Part shown: positions 16,310 through 23,465 of the stretch, piece after piece
Layout of the letters: every line of letters begins with the position of its first letter
How positions within the stretch are numbered: the stretch's first letter is position 1
Notes under the pieces: generated by a model
Seen by the model: the letters and a program-made list of their open reading frames with translations, nothing else
What the model was told of the DNA's origin: nothing
The model's database searches: none
DNA from: Bacillota bacterium
GTDB lineage: Bacteria; Bacillota; Desulfotomaculia; Desulfotomaculales; Ammonificaceae
Reading direction: 5' to 3'
Assembly: GCA_040758635.1 (NCBI GenBank)
Contig: JBFLVI010000011.1
Span: 1,717-25,716 of the forward strand
DNA length: 24,000 nucleotides
Program-made: the position numbers and the translations under genes

Positions 16310-17143
16310 CTAACCCCGTTCGAGCAACTCCCGTAAAAACTCCGGCAGGACAAAAGCCGCCCGGTGCATTTCCGCGTTATAGTATCTGTACTTGAGCGCA
16401 GGAACATTTTCCGGCTTCACGTCCAGCGGGTCATGTCTTTTAGAGCCCATGGTAAAACTCCACATCCCGCCCGGGTAAGAAGGGACGCAGGCCAGGTATG
16501 TCCGGGCCACCGCGAAAATATCCGCCACGTCCCGGTGAATCCTGGCGATCAGGTCGGCGTTAAAAAGCGGCGACTCGGTCTGGGCGACGAAAAGCCCGTC
16601 CGCTTTCAGCGCCTTGAAGACCATCTCGTAAAACTCGCGGCTGAAGAGTCCGACGGCCGGCCCGACCGGGTCCGTGGAATCGATGATGATCACGTCGTAC
16701 TCGCCGGAACACTCCGCAACGTGCTTGATCCCGTCGGCAAAACGCAGGTCGAGCTTCGGATCGTCAAGGCGCGCGCTTAGCTCCGGAAGGTATTTCCGCG
16801 CCGCCGCCACCACCCGTTCGTCAATTTCCACCATTACTGCGCTGCCCACCCGGGGGTTGCGAACCACCTCGCGCGCCGTACCCCCGTCGCCGCCGCCGAT
16901 GATCAGCACCCGCTGCGGGTCCGGGTGAGTATTCAGCGGTACGTGGGCGATCATTTCATGGTAGATATACTCGTCCCACACGGTCGTCTGGACAATCCCG
17001 TCCAGCACCAGCACCCGCCCGAACCCCGGCGTGTCCAGCACGGCAAGGTGTTGAAAGGGCGTCTTCTCCACGTGCAGGGTTTCGTTCACCCGGCAGCTCA
17101 ACCGCAAGTGGTCGTTCTGGTTTTCCGTGTACCAAAGTTCCAC
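16310..17143 (-). CDS. speE: spermidine synthase-type aminopropyltransferase
   Basis: 277 aa. LVLDGIVQTTVWDEYIYHEMIAHVPL, VLIIGGGDGGTAREV and DVIIIDSTDPVGPA motifs. GTG start after GGAGGAGGG. Confidence 0.92.
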   Translation of the reverse strand: MELWYTENQNDHLRLSCRVNETLHVEKTPFQHLAVLDTPGFGRVLVLDGIVQTTVWDEYIYHEMIAHVPLNTHPDPQRVLIIGGGDGGTAREVVRNPRVGSAVMVEIDERVVAAARKYLPELSARLDDPKLDLRFADGIKHVAECSGEYDVIIIDSTDPVGPAVGLFSREFYEMVFKALKADGLFVAQTESPLFNADLIARIHRDVADIFAVARTYLACVPSYPGGMWSFTMGSKRHDPLDVKPENVPALKYRYYNAEMHRAAFVLPEFLRELLERG

Positions 17144-17164
17144 GGCAGTCCCTCCTCCATCAGT

Positions 17165-17623
17165 TTAATACCAGAGCGGCACGGCCGCCAGAGCGCAGCC
17201 GGCGTGCCTGACGCGGTGCTCCACCGCAGCGGCCTTAATCTCCCGCACGACCATGCCCCGGCTGGCAAAAGCCTCGTGGATCATCTCCTCCACCTTCGCC
17301 TGGGCCTCTTCCTTCGTGCACCGCCCGGAAAACTCCATGATCACCCCGAAACTCTCCTGAGAGATCCCCACCCCGACGGCCGCTGCAATCAACTCTCCCG
17401 GGACGTCGCTGGTAATGTAACCGTAAGCCGTGGGTACGAGGGAACCGGGCGGGAAAACCAGTTCGGGATCGTATTCCGTGCCGGGAGGCAGAATGCTCGA
17501 AACCCGGATGATGTTTACGTTGCCGATGCGGGCCGCCAGTAGCGCGTTGTCAAAAGCGTTGAGCTTTGTCTTGCCCTCGGCTGCAGCAGCAGTTACAAAA
17601 TACTTTTTCGGCGTCGGCAGCAC
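17165..17623 (-). CDS. pdaD: pyruvoyl-dependent arginine decarboxylase
   Basis: The track ORF reaches 17647 (TTG). A GTG at 17623 follows GAGAGGGG at 5 nt and gives VLPTPKKYFVTAAAAEGKTKLNAFDNALLAARIGNVNIIRVSSILPPG. This includes the self-cleavage Ser-Ser site typical of PvlArgDC. Confidence 0.88.
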   Translation of the reverse strand: MLPTPKKYFVTAAAAEGKTKLNAFDNALLAARIGNVNIIRVSSILPPGTEYDPELVFPPGSLVPTAYGYITSDVPGELIAAAVGVGISQESFGVIMEFSGRCTKEEAQAKVEEMIHEAFASRGMVVREIKAAAVEHRVRHAGCALAAVPLWY

Positions 17624-17663
17624 GTTATCCCCTCTCGTTCCTTGCAAATTTACAACGGTGATA

Positions 17664-17692
17664 ATTATAACGAATATGCCCGTGTAAATAAA
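17664..17692 (-). promoter_or_regulatory. candidate promoter of the pdaD-speE-speB(-rnj) transcription unit
   Basis: On the minus strand: TTTATT (17692-17687), 17-nt spacer, consensus TATAAT (17669-17664). Lies in the AT-rich divergent region shared with the SBP gene. Confidence 0.45.
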
Positions 17693-17802
17693 CTCTTTTT
17701 TTTAAAATTGGCTGCCCTGTTCCACAAAATCCTTTTCCAGCCAACGGAAGGAAAAGATAAATTTTACCAGAATATCTTTTTTATTGAATTTGGGGGAGAC
17801 CC

Positions 17803-19308
17803 ATGCGAAAAAAACCCAGGCTTCTCCTGATAATTGCAGCGCTTGGCTTCGTCCTGACCGCGGCCCTCAAAAGCAGCCCCGCGCCGGAACCGCTCGTCAT
17901 CGCCGCCCCGGCTCTTCCCAAGATTGGCGAGATGACGTACGTCTGGGATCCGGAAACCGGGGGCTTCTTGCCGAACGTTTACGAGGGGCTCGTCCGGTTC
18001 AAACCCCGGAACTGCGACGTGGCGCCGCACCTGGCCACCGAATGGCACCTTTCGCCGGACGGCCGTACCTGGACGTTCAAAATCCGGTCCGGCGTTCGCC
18101 TTCACGACGGCAGCATTCTGGACGCCGGTTGCGTCAAGGCCGCGTTCGACCGGAAGCTCCGGGCCGCCGCGCGCTTTCCGCACCTCCGCTTTCTTTTCGG
18201 GATGGTCGAGGAGGTTACCGCACCCGACCCCGAACACGTTTCCTTCCGGCTCGAATACCCGTACGCGCCTTTTCTGAGGAATCTTGCCCTGCCGCAGGCG
18301 TGCATATCCACTCCCGGCAGTCCCCCCGCCGGGACCGGTCCCTACCGGATCGAAAGGCCGAGGCCGAACAGCATCACTCTGCGTGCCTTTGAAGAGTACT
18401 GGGGCCCAAAACCGGCGTTCAAAAAAGTCCGCATTCAGGCCGTGCCCAAAGCCAGCGAACGCCTGCGCCTCCTGAAAGAAAGGACCGGAATCGTCGCTCT
18501 AAACCTTCCTCCCGGCGCCGCCGCCGACCTGCCCCCGTTCACCGTGGCCAGGACCACCGCTCCCAGCCTGAGCTACCTTGGATTTTATACCAGCAAACCC
18601 CCTTTTGACAATCCCGCCGCCCGCCGCGCCGTAGCCCTGGCACTCGACCGGAAGCGGTTGTGCCGCATTCTGTATAGCAGCCTCCTGCCCGAAGCAAACG
18701 GACCGCTGCCGCCGGTGGTTTTCGGCGCAACGCCGGAAGCGGCCGGCCCGGCGCCCGACCCGGCGGAAGCCCGTGACCTCGCCGACCGCACGGGCCTCAG
18801 AAAACGCCCCTTAGTGCTCCTTACATACAGGGAAACCCGGCCCTACAACCCTGCAGGAGGCATCCCGCTGGCCGAAGAAGTGAAGCGCCAGCTCGAAGCC
18901 GCCGGGTTGAAGGTAAAAATCCGCGTCTACCCCTGGGAGGAACTCAAGGCCGCTATCACCCGCCAGGAGGGTGACGCCTTCCTTTACGGCTGGACAAGCG
19001 ACAACGGCGATCCCGACAACTTCCTTTTCTGTCTTCTTGCCGGGTCCCAGATTGCCCGCGGATTCAACACCACGCTCTACCGCGACCCCCTGCTCGACGT
19101 GCTGCTGTCCCGGGCCCAGCAAATCCCGGACTCGCCGACCCGGGCCAAGCTATACCGCCAGGTACAGCTTACCGTCGCCCGGGAACTCCCCTTTATAAGC
19201 CTTAACTACGGCGCCCACATCGCCGCCTGCACGGCGGATCTTCAAGGATTCTCCCTGCATCCCCTGGGGACATATGACCTGGCTAAAATCAAACAGCGCC
19301 AGCATTAA
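17803..19308 (+). CDS. ABC transporter substrate-binding protein, family 5 (peptide/nickel-type), orphan
   Basis: 501 aa. N-terminal signal sequence MRKKPRLLLIIAALGFVLTAALK. SBP_bac_5-like segments (ATEWHLSPDGRTWTFKIRSGVRLHDGS; YLGFYTSKPPFDNPAARRAVALALDR). No permease or ATPase genes adjacent. Confidence 0.88.
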   Translation: MRKKPRLLLIIAALGFVLTAALKSSPAPEPLVIAAPALPKIGEMTYVWDPETGGFLPNVYEGLVRFKPRNCDVAPHLATEWHLSPDGRTWTFKIRSGVRLHDGSILDAGCVKAAFDRKLRAAARFPHLRFLFGMVEEVTAPDPEHVSFRLEYPYAPFLRNLALPQACISTPGSPPAGTGPYRIERPRPNSITLRAFEEYWGPKPAFKKVRIQAVPKASERLRLLKERTGIVALNLPPGAAADLPPFTVARTTAPSLSYLGFYTSKPPFDNPAARRAVALALDRKRLCRILYSSLLPEANGPLPPVVFGATPEAAGPAPDPAEARDLADRTGLRKRPLVLLTYRETRPYNPAGGIPLAEEVKRQLEAAGLKVKIRVYPWEELKAAITRQEGDAFLYGWTSDNGDPDNFLFCLLAGSQIARGFNTTLYRDPLLDVLLSRAQQIPDSPTRAKLYRQVQLTVARELPFISLNYGAHIAACTADLQGFSLHPLGTYDLAKIKQRQH

Positions 19309-19369
19309 TTTCCACTAATTAAGTTACCGCTAACTGCTAATAATACTAAAAAACGAGGAGGGTAAAAGC

Positions 19370-19879
19370 ATGCCTTATAGCTTCCAGGGCATTCAGAACC
19401 ACCTGAACCGCGTGCGGCAGGACCTGAGCAACATCAGTCAGACCGCGGTCCAGCTCCAGCAGGCAGAGCAGCAGGCACAATCGCAACTGGCGCGGCTGAG
19501 CCAGCAGGAAAACCAGAACAGCCAGCAGCTTCAGCGCATCTACCAGATTTCGGTAAGCCTCCAGAACGAAATCAACGCCATCGCGCAGCAGATGGCAACC
19601 GCACCGGCTTATGCCTACGCTCCCACGGGAGCATTCGGCACACCCTATACCGGCACTTCGCCAACCTTCAGCGCACCCTACACCGGGGTCAGTGGAACCT
19701 TTACCGCGCCTTACACCGGCATGACCGGGAGCTTCAACGTTCCTGCGAGCGGTTTTGCCGGCACCCAAACGTTTTCCAACGTGCCTGCTTACAGCGCGAG
19801 CCTGGCCACCCCTGCGGTCTCCACAGGGGCGGCACACGGCGGAATTTACGCCTACCGGCCGTGGCCTGACAACACGTAG
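19370..19879 (+). CDS. hypothetical protein: Gln-rich coiled-coil N-terminus + Tyr/Thr/Gly/Pro-rich repeat C-terminus
   Basis: 169 aa. ATG 10 nt after GAGGAGGG. The N-terminal ~75 aa are Q/L/N-rich with a heptad-like pattern. The C-terminal half is low complexity with 3 x 11-aa repeats. No signal peptide. Followed by a terminator. Confidence 0.7.
   Translation: MPYSFQGIQNHLNRVRQDLSNISQTAVQLQQAEQQAQSQLARLSQQENQNSQQLQRIYQISVSLQNEINAIAQQMATAPAYAYAPTGAFGTPYTGTSPTFSAPYTGVSGTFTAPYTGMTGSFNVPASGFAGTQTFSNVPAYSASLATPAVSTGAAHGGIYAYRPWPDNT
19640..19738 (+). repeat. 3 x 33-nt in-frame tandem repeat (TPYTGTSPTFS / APYTGVSGTFT / APYTGMTGSFN)
   Basis: Read directly from the DNA and translation of the 19370-19879 ORF. 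Units are 19640-19672, 19673-19705 and 19706-19738. Confidence 0.85.
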
Positions 19880-19921
19880 ACGCGCACGGAAAGGAATTCG
19901 GCTACCACACAAACTCTCCCC

Positions 19922-19950
19922 AAAAGGCCCCTTCCAAGGGCCTTTTTAGT
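19922..19950 (+). terminator. rho-independent terminator
   Basis: AAAAGGCCC-CTTCCAA-GGGCCTTTT, then TAGTTTC. Confidence 0.75.
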
Positions 19951-20075
19951 TTCTTCCGCAAAAGCGTAACCTTTACGGAAAATCCTTAGGAATCCTTTCC
20001 CGGATTTTTGACAAAATCAACCCGTTTCCATTTGACGTGTTATATGTTAATATCTGGAACAAAGGAGGTGATGCG

Positions 20076-20318
20076 GTGATCAAGACACTCCGCGAGGGAA
20101 CCACCTATACCCAGCGGGAAGTTACCGAGATGCTGGCCGAATTCTCCTGTTTTAAGGACCGGGTGACCAAGAAATTCCGCGACCTCACCAGGGAACTTGA
20201 AGGCAAGGCCAACGAGCACGAACTCTGGGTGAACCTGTACCTCATCGCCAGCGACTACGCGGAAGAAGCCTGCAACAAACGCCAGCGGCAGGAGACCGCC
20301 GTGCAAAAAATCTCCTGA
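20076..20318 (+). CDS. hypothetical protein (80 aa)
   Basis: The track ORF starts at 20037. The GTG at 20076 lies 5 nt after AAAGGAGGTG. Sequence: VIKTLREGTTYTQREVTEMLAEFSCFKDRVTKKFRDLTRELEGKANEHELWVNLYLIASDYAEEACNKRQRQETAVQKIS. Helical, charged, no family recognised. Confidence 0.55.
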   Translation: MIKTLREGTTYTQREVTEMLAEFSCFKDRVTKKFRDLTRELEGKANEHELWVNLYLIASDYAEEACNKRQRQETAVQKIS

Positions 20319-20349
20319 CGGCAATCCGCCTTTCCTTTCCCCGAAAACC

Positions 20350-20442
20350 CCCGGCACTCAAAACCCGGTCAATGTCAATCCCGAAGCGAAGGCACGCCTT
20401 CAAAACAGAAGCTTGCCGCTGGATTGAGTGCCGGGCTTTTTT
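20350..20442 (+). other. structured RNA element: 12-bp long-range stem closing a 62-nt interior, followed by a U-tract
   Basis: CCCGGCACTCAA (20350-20361) pairs perfectly with TTGAGTGCCGGG (20424-20435), followed by CTTTTTT. An internal hairpin GAAGG-CACG-CCTTC is present. An alternative local hairpin is TGCCGGG-N10-CCCGGCA. It could be a complex terminator of the 80-aa gene or a small RNA. Confidence 0.4.
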
Positions 20443-20548
20443 GCCCCCCGGCAACGCGGGCCGCAGTTCCGCTCTTTGCCGCTGCCTTCTTGCCTCCTGC
20501 CCCCGTTTTCCCGGTCCGCGCGCCGCTTTTTTCGCTTCTGCCTTCCCC

Positions 20549-20577
20549 TTGCTTTTAAAACCCCGACGTGCTACAAT
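20549..20577 (+). promoter_or_regulatory. candidate promoter of tRNA-Ala
   Basis: TTGCTT (20549-20554), 17-nt spacer, TACAAT (20572-20577), 13 nt upstream of the mature tRNA 5' end. Confidence 0.6.
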
Positions 20578-20590
20578 AATTCTCGTCAGT

Positions 20591-20665
20591 GGGCCTGTAG
20601 CTCAGGGGGAGAGCGCTTGACTCGCATTCAAGAGGCCGGGGGTTCGAATCCCCCCAGGTCCACCA
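20591..20665 (+). tRNA. tRNA-Ala: tRNA-Ala (anticodon CGC), CCA encoded
   Basis: Cloverleaf read by hand. Acceptor GGGCCTG/CAGGTCC with the G3:U70 alanine identity pair. D-arm GCTC/GAGC. Anticodon stem CTTGA/TCAAG with loop CTCGCAT (anticodon CGC). T-arm GGGGG-TTCGAAT-CCCCC. Discriminator A, then CCA. Confidence 0.93.
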
Positions 20666-20709
20666 GGTTTTCCTAAGGGTTTTAGAATTGAATAAGGCTT
20701 TTCGGGTAT

Positions 20710-20757
20710 TGCCCTGCAAACTCACCAGTCGCAACCGTTTGCAGGGCATTTATTTTT
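20710..20757 (+). terminator. rho-independent terminator after tRNA-Ala
   Basis: TGCCCTGCAAAC-N15-GTTTGCAGGGCA (perfect 12 bp), then TTTATTTTT. Confidence 0.8.
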
Positions 20758-20860
20758 ATATCAGTAATCAGGCTTTGCCGAACCGCGCAAGGCTTCCCGT
20801 TGTATTCCGTTTATATGTGGCCACCGCGCAGACACCGGAAGACCCTTACTAAGACAGTGA

Positions 20861-22264
20861 TTAAAGGTCACACCTGCGGAGGATGTCCCAGTAGGCTCCC
20901 CGGTATCCTTTCCGGATGGCATCCGCAAGCCGTTCATTGGCGTTATAATTATAGTTTCTGTCGGGTCTCGACGGGTCAAAGAAGAAGAAGCGCCTGTCGT
21001 CGCCGATAAGCTCGTCAAGCAGTTCAAAAGCGAAGGACGCGACATTCGGCTCAATGAAGAAAACGGGCGTTAACGGGTCGCCGCCGCCGACAACCCCCTC
21101 CCTTAGTTCCTCTTGTGTTACCTGATCGGCAAGCGTTGTTCCCGGGTAGACTCGAACGCCTACGGCAACGCCGACCCGCTCTGGTTGAATACGTTTCATG
21201 AACTCAATTGTGTGAATAAGGCTTTCCCTGGTTTCACCCGGCGCGCCGAGCAAAAGGTCGAGCATCACCGCTATTCCCGCCGTTTTACATGACTGCGTCG
21301 CGTTTGTAATGTCGTCCGGGGTAAAGTTGCGTTTCAACCGTTTCAACATCCCCGCATCACCGTGGTCCGCCCCGAAGTTAATTCCCACGCATCCTGCACG
21401 GCGCATCAGTTCAGCGAGTTCCAGTGAAAACGGAACCGGGGAACAATAGGCATACCAGCGTAACCTGTCACCGAGGTTGCGCCGGATGATCTCCTGGCAC
21501 ACTTCGAAAGCATGGGCCTCAAGAGAATTGAACTCACTGTCACAGGTGTGAATATGGTCAACGCCCTTATCGAGCAGTCTCTCCAGTTCGTCAACGACTG
21601 CTTTCGGCGGCCGGGGACGTATGGTTCGCCCTTTTGCCATGGGATCGGCGCAGTAAATGCAATGGTAGGGACAGCCGCGCTTGGTTTCAACGCCGGCTTG
21701 CCCTCCCTCACGGAAATAGCGCCGGTTATCGACCCAGTTCCGGCTCATGGGAGGAAGAGTATTCAGGGGCGGGGTTGAAGCCGGGTTGCGGCACCATCTA
21801 CCGTCATGCCGCCGGATCAGGCCCGGCAGATCAAGCCATTCCTGTTTTCTTTCTATCCTGCTTGCAAGCTCTGCGAGGACGAACTCCCCATCCCCCCATA
21901 CGCCTACATCAGCTTCACAAACCTCTAATACGCGCTCCGGCATGACCGAGAACCCGACGCCGCCAACAACTATCAAGGCTTCCGTGCGCTTGCGAACGGC
22001 GTGCACCATCGCAGCAAACTCTCCGATGAACGACTGGCGGCTCGTAAACGCGCAGTCGTCCGTATTTCTCAGCGTGAGTCCGACCAGGTCAAAGCTGCTT
22101 TCACCGAAGAAGCGATCTATGGCAGCCTCCCAGTCCTCCGCCCAACAAAGATCGAGGATCTCAACCTGATGGCCCGCGACATGCAGCGCCTCGGCCACAT
22201 ATTCCAGACCGATGGGGGCTATTGGAGGTTTTATCCGGTTAGTGTTTACCAAAGCTATACGCAT
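20861..22264 (-). CDS. B12-binding domain-containing radical SAM protein
   Basis: The track ORF reaches 22372. The ATG at 22264 follows GGGGAG at 6 nt and gives MRIALVNTNRIKPPIAPIGLEYVAEALHVAGHQVEILDL (cobalamin-binding-like N-domain). Radical SAM cluster motif is RGCPYHCIYC (CxxxCxxC). 467 aa. Substrate unknown. Confidence 0.88.
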   Translation of the reverse strand: MRIALVNTNRIKPPIAPIGLEYVAEALHVAGHQVEILDLCWAEDWEAAIDRFFGESSFDLVGLTLRNTDDCAFTSRQSFIGEFAAMVHAVRKRTEALIVVGGVGFSVMPERVLEVCEADVGVWGDGEFVLAELASRIERKQEWLDLPGLIRRHDGRWCRNPASTPPLNTLPPMSRNWVDNRRYFREGGQAGVETKRGCPYHCIYCADPMAKGRTIRPRPPKAVVDELERLLDKGVDHIHTCDSEFNSLEAHAFEVCQEIIRRNLGDRLRWYAYCSPVPFSLELAELMRRAGCVGINFGADHGDAGMLKRLKRNFTPDDITNATQSCKTAGIAVMLDLLLGAPGETRESLIHTIEFMKRIQPERVGVAVGVRVYPGTTLADQVTQEELREGVVGGGDPLTPVFFIEPNVASFAFELLDELIGDDRRFFFFDPSRPDRNYNYNANERLADAIRKGYRGAYWDILRRCDL

Positions 22265-22403
22265 ACATACTCCCCTTCGACCTTCCGTTTGAAGCAAGAA
22301 TAATTGGTAACGTTGTAAGGGCCGCTTCCAGTGTGCGCCGGTCTGCCTTTCAATTTTCAATCCTGTTTTCAATAATAATAAGCACCGGGCAAAACCGCGA
22401 TGC

Positions 22404-22544
22404 TTGAGTTGGGTAGTGGCTGCCGCTTACTTTCACCAGTTCCCAGTCATTACGCTTCTGACGATCCTTCTGACATTTGGCCTCATTTTTCTGTACGTCC
22501 ACTATAACAAGTATTTGAAAAAAGTAAAAGGGGACAAAAAGTGA
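22404..22544 (+). CDS. candidate 46-aa small membrane protein
   Basis: Not in the track. The frame from TTG 22404 (or GTG 22416) gives (L)SWVVAAAYFHQFPVITLLTILLTFGLIFLYVHYNKYLKKVKGDKK, stop TGA: one TM helix plus a Lys-rich tail. The SD is weak. The competing antisense track ORF 22350-22571 looks less protein-like. Confidence 0.3.
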   Translation: MSWVVAAAYFHQFPVITLLTILLTFGLIFLYVHYNKYLKKVKGDKK

Positions 22545-22595
22545 AAGGGGACAGGCTATTTTTTGCTCCAAAAAGTTACCTATCCCCTTTTTCCC
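22544..22595. terminator. bidirectional hairpin terminator between the small ORF (+) and the Mut7-C gene (-)
   Basis: AAAGGGGACAGG (22544-22555) pairs with CCTATCCCCTTT (22579-22590): 11 bp with one mismatch. An inner hairpin ATTTTTTG-CTC-CAAAAAGT is present. T-runs follow on both strands (plus TTTTTCCC; minus CACTTTTTG...TTTTACTTTTTT). Confidence 0.6.
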
Positions 22596-22648
22596 TCGGC
22601 TTTGCGATGTCTTCTACACGCGGCAAACCGCAGGTCGTAGCCTTTTGC

Positions 22649-23404
22649 CTAATCCTCGTCCCGGATCTGCCGTATGAACTGCTCCATGTGCTCGTAGTGG
22701 GAACCCTTCCAGTAGATGCGGCCGCATTCCGGGCAGAAGCAAAACTCGTCGAAGTACTCCCGGACCTTTGGCGGCAAGCGGTCTGTCACCTCTTCCTTGG
22801 GCACGGGTTCCAGTTGCCGGTTGCAGCGCAGGCAGCGGCAGAAGGGCCGGACGAGGCGGTAAAGGTCGAAGCGGTGCAGCACCTCCGTGAGCTGCGCGCG
22901 CAGGTCGGTGCTCCGCACGAAGTAGCCATGTGTGATCCGGCCCCGCTTCAGGAGGCCCCGGTCCCGGGTGAGGAGGATCCGGCGCTCCCTCACGGAAACC
23001 TCAGTTAGCGCCTCGTCCGAAAAATTGTTGCGGTAGAGGGCGTCGAAACCGAGCATCCGCAGGTAGGTTGCCAGCTTCCCCAGGTGGGTGTCGAGGACGA
23101 ACCGCACCTCCCGCAGGGGTTCCGGCCGCACCCGCGCCACGGGGGAAATGTCGATGCTCTCAAAAACCGGATAGACGCTGATGCGGTCCCCGTCCCGCAC
23201 CCTCCGGGAGAACTCCACGGATTCCCCGTTGATCAGGACCAGGTCCACTTCGGTATGCGGAACCCCAAGCGACTCGATGAGGTCCTTGACGGCAGGCTCG
23301 CCGAAAAAGAAATGTTTGAAGGCAACCTGCCGCTTTTTGCGCGGGAGAAAGTCGTTGAGCTCGGCGTAAAACCGGATCAGACAGGAGTTCACCGGTTCTT
23401 TCAC
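22649..23404 (-). CDS. Mut7-C RNase domain protein with N-terminal ubiquitin-like (Ub-Mut7C) domain and C-terminal zinc ribbon
   Basis: 251 aa. LIRFYAELNDFLPRKKRQVAF...DGDRISVYP (beta-grasp/Ub-like). RFVLDTHLGKLATYLRMLGFDALY...RILLTRDRGLLKR (PIN-like Mut7-C). CRCLRCN...CPECGRIYWKGSHYEHM (zinc ribbon). GTG start. Confidence 0.9.
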   Translation of the reverse strand: MKEPVNSCLIRFYAELNDFLPRKKRQVAFKHFFFGEPAVKDLIESLGVPHTEVDLVLINGESVEFSRRVRDGDRISVYPVFESIDISPVARVRPEPLREVRFVLDTHLGKLATYLRMLGFDALYRNNFSDEALTEVSVRERRILLTRDRGLLKRGRITHGYFVRSTDLRAQLTEVLHRFDLYRLVRPFCRCLRCNRQLEPVPKEEVTDRLPPKVREYFDEFCFCPECGRIYWKGSHYEHMEQFIRQIRDED

Positions 23405-23465
23405 CCTGTACTCGATTTCTGCCGGTGGCCGGCGCCTGTTTACAGATGGGGAAAGTTTTCTTCTA

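Noticed and set aside
22350-22571. 73-aa minus-strand track ORF in the AT-rich spacer.
   Set aside because: It has no SD, and it runs through the terminator hairpin and into the rSAM upstream region. The opposite-strand 46-aa frame has a more convincing membrane-protein pattern, though that frame is itself low confidence.
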